Of a stretch of DNA of 64,000 bases, positions 10,801-18,524 are shown one piece after another (position 1 is the first letter of the stretch; every line of letters begins with the position of its first letter). The DNA is taken from IMG/VR virus record IMGVR_UViG_3300042922_000911, positions 31,823 to 95,822 of that record, one strand, 5' to 3'. The translations under genes were made by a program, and so were the position numbers. Origin of the DNA: a virus. The notes beneath the pieces were generated by a model that was not told the origin of the DNA, ran no database searches, and saw only the letters and a list, made by a program, of their open reading frames with translations.

Positions 10801-11692
10801 GCGCGTCTTGATGCCGTCTGAGGTCAAGACCGACGGCACCGCGACCCGCATCAACTGGCCCGAGCCGGTGCCGGTCGTCGGCGGCGAGAGCTACGTCGTG
10901 GTCGCGGCCTCCAATGACGACGCCTACCGCGTCTGGATGGCGCAGCTCGGGAAAGCCAACCTCGGCCCCGGCGGCGGCATCATCACCAAGAACCCGTATG
11001 CCCCCGGCTCGCGCATTGCCTCGGGCGACGGCGTGACGTGGACGCCCTACCAGGACAGCGATCTTCGGTTCAACGCCTACCAGGCGAAGTACGAGCCGAC
11101 GGCAACCGCCTACTTCGACGCTTCCGACTTCTCGGGAAGCGGCGGCGTGACTGGCTTCCAGCTTCACGTTTTCCAGCGCATCGAAGAGGGCGCGGCCCTC
11201 ACCTGGCAGTACAGCACCGACGAAGAGGCCACCTGGACGCCGTTCGACCCGGCCGAAGAGGTCAACTTGCCGATCGTGGCCGACACGCTGATCGTTCGCG
11301 CCATCATGACGAGCGATCCGGCCAACCGCTACGCGGGCGTCGGCATCAATCACGAATCGGTCGTCCTCGAAACCTTCAAGAACGCCACCAAGTCGAGCTA
11401 TGTGACGCTCGAAAAGACGCTCGAGGAAACCACGACGAGCTGCAAGGGCTACGTGCGCTGCAACAAGCCCGTCAACACGACCGTCACGCCCTACATGTCG
11501 AACGACGGCGGGGAAACGTGGATCGCGGGCGCGCTGGTGACTTCGCGCGGCATCACGCCGACGGTGACGGAGTACGAGTACACCTTCACCTTTGGCGGCG
11601 GCGACGACAAGCTGCGCGCCCGCCTCGACCTCGAAACGACCACGGCCGTTCGCGTGCCGTGGGTCGATGAGTGGTCGGCGGTCGTGCTGTAA
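7808..11692 (+). CDS. Large baseplate/tail protein (DUF4815-like), 1294 aa
   Basis: F.GDRDL..YELRRIQ N-terminus; DP.AQTF...TGVDLFF.SK; WTPYQDSDLRF motifs recalled for this family. Confidence 0.65.
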   Translation: MTRIINDQPENELNELEVAFSGDRDLGDYELRRIQHNTDQKIRRLGDSIYPEGFITQGLEGTVQLVTNVLTRSDNFTHADWTKANGATVAANVAADRAGEQKMSRLNMAASGDPYLEYVVSADPATGRIVFHLDAKLETTPLLKLSFWDGVEETSVTSFTLTSEITRYTIANDDAWTEDTDTLTVRVRGTLGGTVILGRAQVEEIEAGQPLVGHTYVPTAGAPASAEGNVVSFAAGAAFAGALPRLVAAQTLTYDPLKLTGSDTVYLELAQLYIDAEEHRPDLDHPITGFPGNDSVRESTQLVTTDTTNPTVPVDPVAENPQYRSKLAVPVYQFNRDTNTLTPVVLRNNLDISKMNGLLNGRRIETQTVPEDALDTIATEGQYGLLAAQARRMFNATGNYVNFRNKGERPIVQDTTDTEAVTLKINPLDGYASGRSYYLEEPIFKTLSLEATTEARVNEGHSYLTATVPRTYTLSKFPVTDIDSLSGIVEVVDADVVKSALLNPLDPIYTGGEERPIYQIIEVKQTVGETTTVFVAGTDYVQNGDFVDWTPASGTAEPEAGSTYKVTYRYTRTFGADEYSFNATSVTFLGDGTDLAPLPVNNTPFQVDYHYGLSRRDLIYLSNRGTASGGSIGVVTGIPHYAPVAPAEPAGTMPLWEVLVPYDSTAIKLTDRYTPGVSMAEMVKMQKLLYSALYDIATLAAHVNYKTKNTGLKEVQTDPFMNADLFDTNAAWFGEPGELAARIDLDTGTLRMARTRAEAVLNLDTSRSTCATRGAWAGLPFEDVAKASQLQYSSHESVNPFSSVVLPVIPPMITLSVSAFRTTNSGPRDLQRWFTWAADRTTRTEVFIPEGQVIFENDDEGFNRSRRNGRDVLSLRFTTRGTRFLPGELVTIRVDGVSVGTTNADASGNFEFTVTREAVSLSGIVTATGEVSGVARATFNIPFRTQRVDPQAQTFVFDVNGDCTGVDLFFFSKGTTEPCIVTMRPLTVGLPSEEVLAMRVLMPSEVKTDGTATRINWPEPVPVVGGESYVVVAASNDDAYRVWMAQLGKANLGPGGGIITKNPYAPGSRIASGDGVTWTPYQDSDLRFNAYQAKYEPTATAYFDASDFSGSGGVTGFQLHVFQRIEEGAALTWQYSTDEEATWTPFDPAEEVNLPIVADTLIVRAIMTSDPANRYAGVGINHESVVLETFKNATKSSYVTLEKTLEETTTSCKGYVRCNKPVNTTVTPYMSNDGGETWIAGALVTSRGITPTVTEYEYTFTFGGGDDKLRARLDLETTTAVRVPWVDEWSAVVL

Positions 11693-11705
11693 GGGGGGGC
11701 GCGTC

Positions 11706-12104
11706 ATGAGCGAGTGCCCAATCGTCGTCACCAACTACGAGCCGGCGGCCGTCACGCCGCCGGTTCTCCCCGTCGGCTACACCGAGCTCGTCGGCATCCT
11801 GCGCGACGGCGCGGGCGATCCGATTACGGGCCTGCTCCTGGTCGAGGTGCCCTTCGCCATGAAGACGACCGAGCCCGCTTTGATCCCGCCGGGCTCGTTC
11901 AGCATCTTCCTCGTCGATGGCGTGCCCTGCAAGGGGCAGGAAGGCACCTCGCCGGCCTGGTTGCCCATCACGGCCACGGCCACCCCGCAGAACAGCTATT
12001 TGAAGCTCAAGGTTCGGTTCAAGCACGGGGCCGAAAAGGACCTCGGCCGCGTGCTGGTGCCCGACGCCCCCGAAACCAATATCGCCGCGATCGTCGGCGT
12101 TTAG
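11706..12104 (+). CDS. Small tail fibre adaptor-like protein (paralog of 62096 and of the N-terminus of 62443)
   Basis: ATG at 11706 after G-rich RBS; TELVGILRDGAGDPITG...LVDGV...LP.TA..TP...LGRVLVP. Confidence 0.55.
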   Translation: MSECPIVVTNYEPAAVTPPVLPVGYTELVGILRDGAGDPITGLLLVEVPFAMKTTEPALIPPGSFSIFLVDGVPCKGQEGTSPAWLPITATATPQNSYLKLKVRFKHGAEKDLGRVLVPDAPETNIAAIVGV

Positions 12105-12119
12105 AAAGAGAGCTGCCCC

Positions 12120-12608
12120 ATGAGCATCATTGAAACGGTCACGACGGCCGTGCAGGGCCTTTCGGGGTTCCCGCCTTTCCTCGGCCTGATGGCGCTCGCC
12201 GCGCTCGACACCGCCGTTCTCGTCTGGGCCGCGTGGCACGCCCATGAGCTCGACAACACCGAGATCACCGACGGCATGCAGAAGTTCGCGCTGGTCGTGG
12301 GCGTCTTCATCCTCGGCCAGTCGCTCGTCACGACCTCGCCCATGCTCGCGTTCTTCGTCGATCCGCTTTACGCGGCGGCGGCCGTGAACGAGGTGCTGTC
12401 GATCCTCAAGAACGTGCGCCTGGGGCTCGAGGCCCAAGGGAAGCCCGTGCCGATCTTCGTGGGCGTGCTGACCGGCAGGCTCTCGCAGTTCCAAGAAGGC
12501 TTGCTGCCCGCCGACTTCGCGGCCGCCGCGGCGACGCCCGGCCCCACAGCGCCCCCGGCGATCGCCGCCGACCCTGTTACACAGGAAGGGCACGACCAGG
12601 GCGAATGA
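12120..12608 (+). CDS. Holin (TcdE / phage holin 4-like)
   Basis: Multiple hydrophobic helices; LD.....G..K...NE.LSIL.N...G.PVP signature; directly upstream of endolysin. Confidence 0.75.
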   Translation: MSIIETVTTAVQGLSGFPPFLGLMALAALDTAVLVWAAWHAHELDNTEITDGMQKFALVVGVFILGQSLVTTSPMLAFFVDPLYAAAAVNEVLSILKNVRLGLEAQGKPVPIFVGVLTGRLSQFQEGLLPADFAAAAATPGPTAPPAIAADPVTQEGHDQGE

Positions 12609-12722
12609 CCGGGCTTCCTGTGTAACACCCGAGAGCGTTACACAGGAAGCCGACCCCGACCCCGCATTACACAGGAAACCCCCGACGCTCGCCGCAAAGA
12701 CGCCCCCGGCTCGTTACACAGG
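12577..12722. repeat. Cluster of five TTACACAGG sites between holin and endolysin
   Basis: 12577, 12638, 12667, 12714 forward; 12617 reverse. Confidence 0.9.
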
Positions 12723-12730
12723 AGCCGCAC

Positions 12731-13447
12731 ATGACCACCTCGAAAGCCGCCAAGGCCACGACCCCCGCGCCGTTCTCGCTCGCCACTGACCTGACCGACG
12801 AGTTCGCCAAGGGCGTTCAAAACGTCGTCTGGAACGGCGACACGCTGAACCTCAAGCACTCCAACGACCAGAAGGGCATGGCCACGGGCAAGATCCTCGG
12901 GCTGTACTTCCACTGGCCGGTGACGGACTACAACGACATTTACAACAGCTACCACCTGGGCGTGCCCTACTTCCCGAAGCACGACAAGGCGGGTCTGACC
13001 AAGAACCTCAACTTCTCGCAGCTCGGCAAGCAGCTCTGGAAGCGCAACACCGGCCACATCGGCATGAGCCTGTGCGGCATGTGGGATGCCTCGATGGGGC
13101 CTGACGGCAAGCTGCACGCCGGGCCGTTCCCGCTGAAAGACGCTCAGCTCAAGGTCGCCGCGCGCGCCGGCGCGGAGTTCTGCATTCTGCACGGCATCGA
13201 CCCGCGCGGCAGCCACCAGGCCCCCGAGTACGCCTACAAGGGCGGGGCGCTCGTTCCGACGGGCAAGACCATCTGGATTCCCAACGTGACCGATCACGCC
13301 TGGTTCGGCAAGCGCGACGGGTACGGGTCGTGGGATTGCGGCCCCTACACGCCCATCATCTTGCAGCAGCTCTTCAAGGACTACGACGAGCTCAAGAAGA
13401 CCCCCGAGGCCGATCGGAAGTTCCTGTACCGGGAGCTTCTGAAATGA
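12731..13447 (+). CDS. Endolysin, N-acetylmuramoyl-L-alanine amidase (Amidase_2-like)
   Basis: LYFHW, YHLGV, RNTGHIGMSLCG, QL, VTDH...DC zinc-amidase pattern; follows the holin. Confidence 0.7.
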   Translation: MTTSKAAKATTPAPFSLATDLTDEFAKGVQNVVWNGDTLNLKHSNDQKGMATGKILGLYFHWPVTDYNDIYNSYHLGVPYFPKHDKAGLTKNLNFSQLGKQLWKRNTGHIGMSLCGMWDASMGPDGKLHAGPFPLKDAQLKVAARAGAEFCILHGIDPRGSHQAPEYAYKGGALVPTGKTIWIPNVTDHAWFGKRDGYGSWDCGPYTPIILQQLFKDYDELKKTPEADRKFLYRELLK

Positions 13448-14154
13448 GCGCGCTCGACGAGCTCAAGCGCGCCCGGCTGACCTCGGTTCTGATCGTCGCG
13501 GCCTTCCTCGTCGGCCTGGTCGTCGCCTCGCTGGTCAAGTGCCATCTGCCACCGCCCGGCGATCGCCAGCCCCTTCGCCCCCTGCCCGCTGTGACCGACG
13601 GCCCCGCGCCGTCGGCCACGCCCCCCGCGGCCACCGCGACGGCGGCCGTCAAGACAAGGGTCGTGATCGAGCGGCCCGTGCCCCGGCCGGTTTCCTGTGT
13701 AACAAGCATCCCGCAGAATGTTACACAGGAAGCCTCGAGCGGGGCGCACCTCCCCGACCCGGCGATCGCCCCCGGTGCGTCGGGCATCCTCGCTCAGCCG
13801 CTCGAGGTGGAACGCATCATCATCGAAACCGAGGGCATCAGCACGGCCGTCGCCCCGGTGCCGACCCCGCCTCCCCCTGTGTACGTTACAACGGATGCCC
13901 GGCCGGGTGCCTTCGGCGTCCTGGTCGGCACCATGCCGGGTGTCGTGGCGCTCGACTACCAGTTCGCTCGAGGCGAGCTTTTGGGGCACACCATCGGGGC
14001 CTCAACAATCGTTAACGGGCGAATGTTGGGCGTCGGTGGCGGAATTTCCCTAGTCGAAATCCACGACCGTTTATACTTGGGCGCAGGCGCATACCAAGAG
14101 TATAAGCTGATTCCCGACCCTGGCCTGTACATCGGGGCGGGGTGGCGTTTTTAG
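13444..14154 (+). CDS. Putative spanin-like membrane protein
   Basis: N-terminal TM helix, Pro-rich linker, C-terminal amphipathic beta strands ending GLYIGAGWRF; ATGA overlap with endolysin. Confidence 0.5.
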   Translation: MSALDELKRARLTSVLIVAAFLVGLVVASLVKCHLPPPGDRQPLRPLPAVTDGPAPSATPPAATATAAVKTRVVIERPVPRPVSCVTSIPQNVTQEASSGAHLPDPAIAPGASGILAQPLEVERIIIETEGISTAVAPVPTPPPPVYVTTDARPGAFGVLVGTMPGVVALDYQFARGELLGHTIGASTIVNGRMLGVGGGISLVEIHDRLYLGAGAYQEYKLIPDPGLYIGAGWRF

Positions 14155-14167
14155 AAGGGGGCCTCCC

Positions 14168-14563
14168 ATGGCGAACGAGAAGAAGTACGACCCGATCCTC
14201 GCTATCTGCGGCTTGGGCGGCGGCCACATGGAAGCCACCATTCAGGGCAAGCGCGCGCTCTTGTCGGTCGTCAACGGCGATCGCGTGAGCCTGAACGTCG
14301 AGGGCACCGTGCCGGCCGATTCGGCCCCGGCGACCTTCCGCCTGGTCGAGGGCGTTCGCACGCTCTCGGTTGTCTCGACGGTCGAGGCCTTCGTCGCCCC
14401 CTACGAAGAGAACGTGGGCACGCCAGCGGCCGGGGCCGTCCACGGCGAGCGGTTCCACTTGCAGGCCGGCGTGCGCCGCGAGCTGCCGTGGGGCACCAAC
14501 ACGATCGCGGTTCAGGCCGTTGGCGCTGTGGCGGGCAAGGTCTACGCCGAAGGTCGCCTGTAA
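14168..14563 (+). CDS. Hypothetical protein
   Basis: ORF with phage-like codon usage and RBS. Confidence 0.6.
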   Translation: MANEKKYDPILAICGLGGGHMEATIQGKRALLSVVNGDRVSLNVEGTVPADSAPATFRLVEGVRTLSVVSTVEAFVAPYEENVGTPAAGAVHGERFHLQAGVRRELPWGTNTIAVQAVGAVAGKVYAEGRL

Positions 14564-15057
14564 TGCCGGGGCCGATTGCGCCCGGCGGCGCGGCCCTTTC
14601 GGAGATCACGCCCTACGTTCTGGCCGTCTACGGCCTGATCGGGGGCTTGTTCGTTTTCATCTTCAACGAGCAGAAGAAGCGAATCGACACGGCCGAGGCC
14701 AAGATCACGACGATCGAGCGCGACGCCACCGACAAGCGCGACGCGCTGCGCCGGGAGCTGCGCGACGAGCATGACAAGTTCACCGCCAAGCAGGCCACGG
14801 AACACAAGGAGCTGATCGCCAAGGTCGAGAAGGACCGCAAGGAGCTTGAAGAGAAGCTGGACAGCCACATGAAGACCGTTGTCGAGCGGCTGGACGGCAT
14901 CAAGGAAAGCATGAACACCTGGGCGATCAACCTGACGCGCGACTACGTGACCCGCCAGGAGTTCCGCGAGCTGATCGCCGTGGTTCCTCGGGCCGCTGGC
15001 GGCCACGCGCAACCCGGTCATACCGGCCCGCTCCCCGGATCTGGCCATGGGACCTAA
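14563..15057 (+). CDS. Single-TM coiled-coil protein (lysis-associated?)
   Basis: TAATG coupling; N-terminal TM then charged coiled coil ending RDYVTRQEF. Confidence 0.6.
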   Translation: MPGPIAPGGAALSEITPYVLAVYGLIGGLFVFIFNEQKKRIDTAEAKITTIERDATDKRDALRRELRDEHDKFTAKQATEHKELIAKVEKDRKELEEKLDSHMKTVVERLDGIKESMNTWAINLTRDYVTRQEFRELIAVVPRAAGGHAQPGHTGPLPGSGHGT

Positions 15058-15535
15058 AAACGAAGAGCAAATTTACACCGACATTCAAACCAGGCTGGTG
15101 CGCTTTTTTGTCGAGGGCGTGCCGCAGGCGTTCACCCGTCAGATCGCGGTGAACGCCGCTCTTCGTGCGTCTGGGCGCTCAAAGGCGCGTGGCTCGGCCA
15201 TCCCGGCAAAGCTTCGGGAGTGGCGCGACACCATCCAGCTCTTGTACCTCGCGGCCGTCATGGAGGCAGATCCGAAGTATGAAGCGTTCCCGCGAAGTGG
15301 CGAGTTTACAGGCCCCGTCGAGTTAAGCATTGTAATCTGGGGGAGCCAGGCCGACGGCACCAACGTCCTGAAAGAGATCGAGGACGCGCTGAATTTTGTT
15401 GCGTACCCTGACGATAGGGTTATTGTTAAGGGGGGCTTCGCTTTCGGCGACCGTATGCTATCAGAACGAGGGGGTTTGTTGCGTAATGTAACATGTGTGC
15501 GGCAAGGCGTTGACATATCGGTTCAGTTTCGGTGA
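15047..15535 (+). CDS. rusA: RusA-like Holliday junction resolvase
   Basis: F.VEG.P N-terminus, GPVELSI, D..NVLK.IEDALN..AY.DD..I catalytic motif. Confidence 0.75.
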   Translation: MGPKNEEQIYTDIQTRLVRFFVEGVPQAFTRQIAVNAALRASGRSKARGSAIPAKLREWRDTIQLLYLAAVMEADPKYEAFPRSGEFTGPVELSIVIWGSQADGTNVLKEIEDALNFVAYPDDRVIVKGGFAFGDRMLSERGGLLRNVTCVRQGVDISVQFR

Positions 15536-15539
15536 TAGT
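15510..15539 (+). promoter_or_regulatory. sigma70-like promoter for the replication operon
   Basis: TTGACA 15510-15515, 18 bp, GATAGT; start of an AT-rich intergenic region. Confidence 0.45.
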
Positions 15540-15607
15540 AACAGTGTGGCAACGGTTGCTCGTTACCGAATCAGTATTTACAACGGTTTACGCACCAAGT
15601 TAGTGAC

Positions 15608-15640
15608 AAAAAAAGGAGCCGACCTTCGTCTGCCCCTTTC
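15608..15640 (-). terminator. Intrinsic terminator, leftward
   Basis: Minus strand AAAGGGGC-A-GAC GAAG GTC-G-GCTCCTTT followed by a T run. Confidence 0.55.
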
Positions 15641-15679
15641 GGAATGACCAGTTTGGTGTTAGCTTTGGTTTACCTTGAA

Positions 15680-15733
15680 CAAATAAAGAAGCCCCCCGCA
15701 TCGGCCCCTTAAACCTGACGCGGGAGACTTCTT
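15680..15733 (-). terminator. Intrinsic terminator, leftward
   Basis: Minus strand AAGAAGTCTCCCGCGTCAGG...CCGATGCGGGGGGCTTCTT-TATTTG; C/A mismatches on + become G-U pairs on -. Confidence 0.55.
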
Positions 15734-15826
15734 CGGAAAAGGCCACCACAAACCCATTCGGTGCAGGATCTAGCGCAAGCTAGGTTCAGCCTCGGACGGC
15801 TTTGTGTTGGTTAAACCACAGATCAA

Positions 15827-15855
15827 GGTATACCACGGCTTCGCGCCAAATTCAA
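15827..15855 (-). promoter_or_regulatory. Leftward sigma70-like promoter
   Basis: Minus strand TTGAAT-N17-TATACC with extended -10 TG. Confidence 0.4.
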
Positions 15856-15907
15856 CCGTCGATTCAACGAAAAGCCGGGGGGCGGCCCCCCGTAAGGAGT
15901 TCGGAAG

Positions 15908-16225
15908 ATGGCAGATTCGCAAGCGAGCAACCAGGCCTCGGGCAGTTTCGCCCAGGTCAGCAACGAGTTCCTTGCCGCGCTGATGAGCGTGCAGTTCACC
16001 GCCCGTGAGCTGCGCGTCATGCTCTACTGCGTGCGCCAAGGCGGGTACGACAATGACAAGCTCCGGCTGTGTCAGGCAACCTCCCTGTTTCCCCACAACG
16101 CCAAGTCCACCATCGACCGGCTGGTGAAGGGGCGCGTACTGGTCGCCAACGGCAACCGCTACGACCTCAACACCGACCCCTCGACGTGGGCGCTCGACGT
16201 GGTGAAGGCAAGCAGGTCCGCATGA
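15908..16225 (+). CDS. Stand-alone lambda O-like N-terminal (winged-helix) protein
   Basis: FAQVSNEFLAALMSVQFTARELRVMLYCVRQ resembles the Phage_rep_O N-terminus; RBS AAGGAG. Confidence 0.6.
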   Translation: MADSQASNQASGSFAQVSNEFLAALMSVQFTARELRVMLYCVRQGGYDNDKLRLCQATSLFPHNAKSTIDRLVKGRVLVANGNRYDLNTDPSTWALDVVKASRSA

Positions 16226-17523
16226 CCGAGCCCCGCTCGCCGGGGCCGCAACGAGAGGACGGATTCACCCCGGTCACACACCATTTGCTTGAGCTTTGGT
16301 GCATGCTCGGCCTCACGTCGCGACAGTGGCCGATCCTGATCCACGTCTGCCGGATCACCTACGGGTGGGACAAGACGGAGCGGGTCACGGATCTGTACTC
16401 GATCGCGGCCGCCGTGAACCAGAAGCCCGACAAGGTGAAAGACACCCTCGCCGTCATGGCCGAAGGGCGTCTGCTCGACCTGGACGGCGTTCCCTACCGT
16501 CGCAACACCTTCACCATCGGCATCAACAAGCACTATCCCGAATGGCGAGGCGACTTTGAGCTGCCTCGGCCGGTTCTGCTGCGCTACGCAGCCGAAGACG
16601 GCTACATGCTCGGCGACACGATCCTCAGTCGGCCCGTCGAGCAAACTCCCCAAAATGGGGAGTTTGAAAGTCCCCAAAATGGGGAGTTTGCCGCCGATCG
16701 CCCTCAAAGCGTGACGGCAAGCGCCTCGGCGGAAAGTCCCCAAAATGGGGAGTTTACTCCCCAAACCGGGGAGTTCCAAAGTCCCCAAAATGGGGAGTTT
16801 GAAAGTCCCCAAAATGGGGAGTTCCTGAAAACCGAAGTCACCAGCCGCATTGCCGGAAGTCCCCAAAATGGGGAGTTTGAAAGTCCCCAAAATGGGGAGT
16901 TTGAAAGTCCCCAAAATGGGGAGTTTGGTGACGGCAAACCCGCTGATAGTGCGGGTTCCAGCTCGCCTAAAGAAAGGTACTTAGTAAGTAGTAACCATCA
17001 TGGCGACGGCGATCGCCTTTCAGGCGCGGGCGATCTCGCGCATGCGGGCGATCCCGCGCATGAGGGAGGCCCGGCGATCGGTCCTAATGGAGCTTGGGCC
17101 AAGGAGGGCTATTCACTTTCAGGCCAACCGGAACCCCCCACCCCCCTACCCCCCGCCCCCCTGGTCGGCTGGAAGCGGCTGTGCGAGGTTTTCGCGAAGC
17201 TTCACGAACGCGGCCCCTACCCGATCGACCCGCATCAAGCCGAGCTGCGTGCGACGTGCGTCGAGTACGAGGTCACGGGCGACGAGTTCGCCGACGTGCT
17301 GGAAGCGTGGGCCGCGAAGCGGCGGGAGCGGCGGGCGGATACCCGCATCGGCTCGCCGGAATTGGCGAAGCGGATTCTTCGCGACGTGTTGAATGAGCGT
17401 GCTGCGAAAGCGCAGCGCGAGGCGAACGGCACCGAGAGGGTGCCGGGCAATAGGCTCACCGCCGAAGACTTCAAGGCTCGCGCCTTGGAGAAGAAGCGGC
17501 GGGCGAAGGAGGGATTGGCATGA
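16222..17523 (+). CDS. Replication initiator, lambda O-like, with internal iterons
   Basis: EDGFTPVTHHLLE...LTSRQ...RITYGWDK...IGINKHYPEW; internal iteron array; followed by DnaC-like gene. Confidence 0.8.
   Translation: MTEPRSPGPQREDGFTPVTHHLLELWCMLGLTSRQWPILIHVCRITYGWDKTERVTDLYSIAAAVNQKPDKVKDTLAVMAEGRLLDLDGVPYRRNTFTIGINKHYPEWRGDFELPRPVLLRYAAEDGYMLGDTILSRPVEQTPQNGEFESPQNGEFAADRPQSVTASASAESPQNGEFTPQTGEFQSPQNGEFESPQNGEFLKTEVTSRIAGSPQNGEFESPQNGEFESPQNGEFGDGKPADSAGSSSPKERYLVSSNHHGDGDRLSGAGDLAHAGDPAHEGGPAIGPNGAWAKEGYSLSGQPEPPTPLPPAPLVGWKRLCEVFAKLHERGPYPIDPHQAELRATCVEYEVTGDEFADVLEAWAAKRRERRADTRIGSPELAKRILRDVLNERAAKAQREANGTERVPGNRLTAEDFKARALEKKRRAKEGLA
16645..16926. repeat. Replication origin iterons: 9 copies of TCCCCAAAATGGGGAGTT, mostly 24-bp period
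   Basis: Copies at 16647, 16671, 16737, 16758 (variant), 16782, 16806, 16860, 16884, 16908; AT-rich patch at ~16968-16997. Confidence 0.85.
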
Positions 17524-18464
17524 CCCCCGAGAAGAAGCCCCCCAAGGGGCGCGTGTTGAAGTTCCCCGGCACCAACCCCGGTGACGTGGTTTCCAAGCAG
17601 CTCCCGCCCGACACGGGCAGCACCCCGGCGACGCCGATCGCCGACCATGCGGTGATGGCGCTGCGCTACAAGGCCCGCATGGACTTGAAGCCCTGCCCCG
17701 ACTGTGGCGAGGCCCCCGTCGAGAAGCCGATCGGCCCCGGCGGCTCCCCGGTGCCGGTGTACTGCGATTGCCGGATGCAGCGGTACGCCGAGGCCGAGGC
17801 CACCCGCAACCGCGAGGTGCGCCGGATCGGCTGGCTGAACAAGTTTGAGCGGGTGCTGCCCGAGCGTCAGCACAAGGGGCTGACCCTCGACGCCCTCGAC
17901 GACCTCCCCGAAACCCGGCGGGGCGTCGTGGTGGCCCAGGCCTTCATTGCCGGGGCCGACGAACACCTCGCCAAGGGCCACGGCCTGTTTTTCTACGGCG
18001 ACCCCGGCACGGGCAAGGGCACGGTCAGCAAGTGCCTCGCCGGGGAGCTGGAAGCGAAGGGCTACCGGGTAGTTTGGGCCAAGCTGGAAGACCTGACGCA
18101 GCGCAGTTTCCGCAAGGACGCCCCCGAGCTGATGGAGGCGCTTTACAGCGCGGATCTCGTCGTGATCGACGAGCTCGGCTACACCGGCGAGAACCGGGCG
18201 AGCCTGAAAGTGTTGTTCCCGGTGATCGACTACCGCTTTGAAACCGGCAAAAGCACTATCTGCACCGCGAATTTCGACGTGTACGCGCTGCAAGCCCGCT
18301 ATCACTCATTCCTGATGCGTGACGAGGGCGAAACCCACGACACGGCGACGGTTCAAGTCGATCGGTGGCGAACCCGCATGAATCCGCCTCGAGCCGTGCC
18401 CTTCAAGTTTGAGGGCCGCGATCTTCGCGACGTGTACGAGTACAACCCTTTCGAGGGGCTGTAA
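17520..18464 (+). CDS. DnaC/IstB-like helicase loader ATPase
   Basis: CPDC...CDC zinc motif; Walker A GDPGTGKG; Walker B LVVIDELG; IDYR...STICTAN. Confidence 0.85.
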   Translation: MTPEKKPPKGRVLKFPGTNPGDVVSKQLPPDTGSTPATPIADHAVMALRYKARMDLKPCPDCGEAPVEKPIGPGGSPVPVYCDCRMQRYAEAEATRNREVRRIGWLNKFERVLPERQHKGLTLDALDDLPETRRGVVVAQAFIAGADEHLAKGHGLFFYGDPGTGKGTVSKCLAGELEAKGYRVVWAKLEDLTQRSFRKDAPELMEALYSADLVVIDELGYTGENRASLKVLFPVIDYRFETGKSTICTANFDVYALQARYHSFLMRDEGETHDTATVQVDRWRTRMNPPRAVPFKFEGRDLRDVYEYNPFEGL

Positions 18465-18524
18465 CAATGACCACCAGACCTTCGGGGCCTGTCGCTGTGG
18501 CCCAAAACGAAGAGGGACGCGACA

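Noticed and set aside
7787-11734. 1315-aa minus-strand ORF
   Set aside because: Mirror of the DUF4815-like gene
12577-12722. Mini-CRISPR reading of the TTACACAGG cluster
   Set aside because: Repeat only 9-12 bp, irregular spacing, mixed orientation
16645-16926. CRISPR-like appearance of the 24-bp repeats
   Set aside because: Repeats are mostly directly adjacent with no unique spacers, in frame inside an initiator gene, and no cas genes are present
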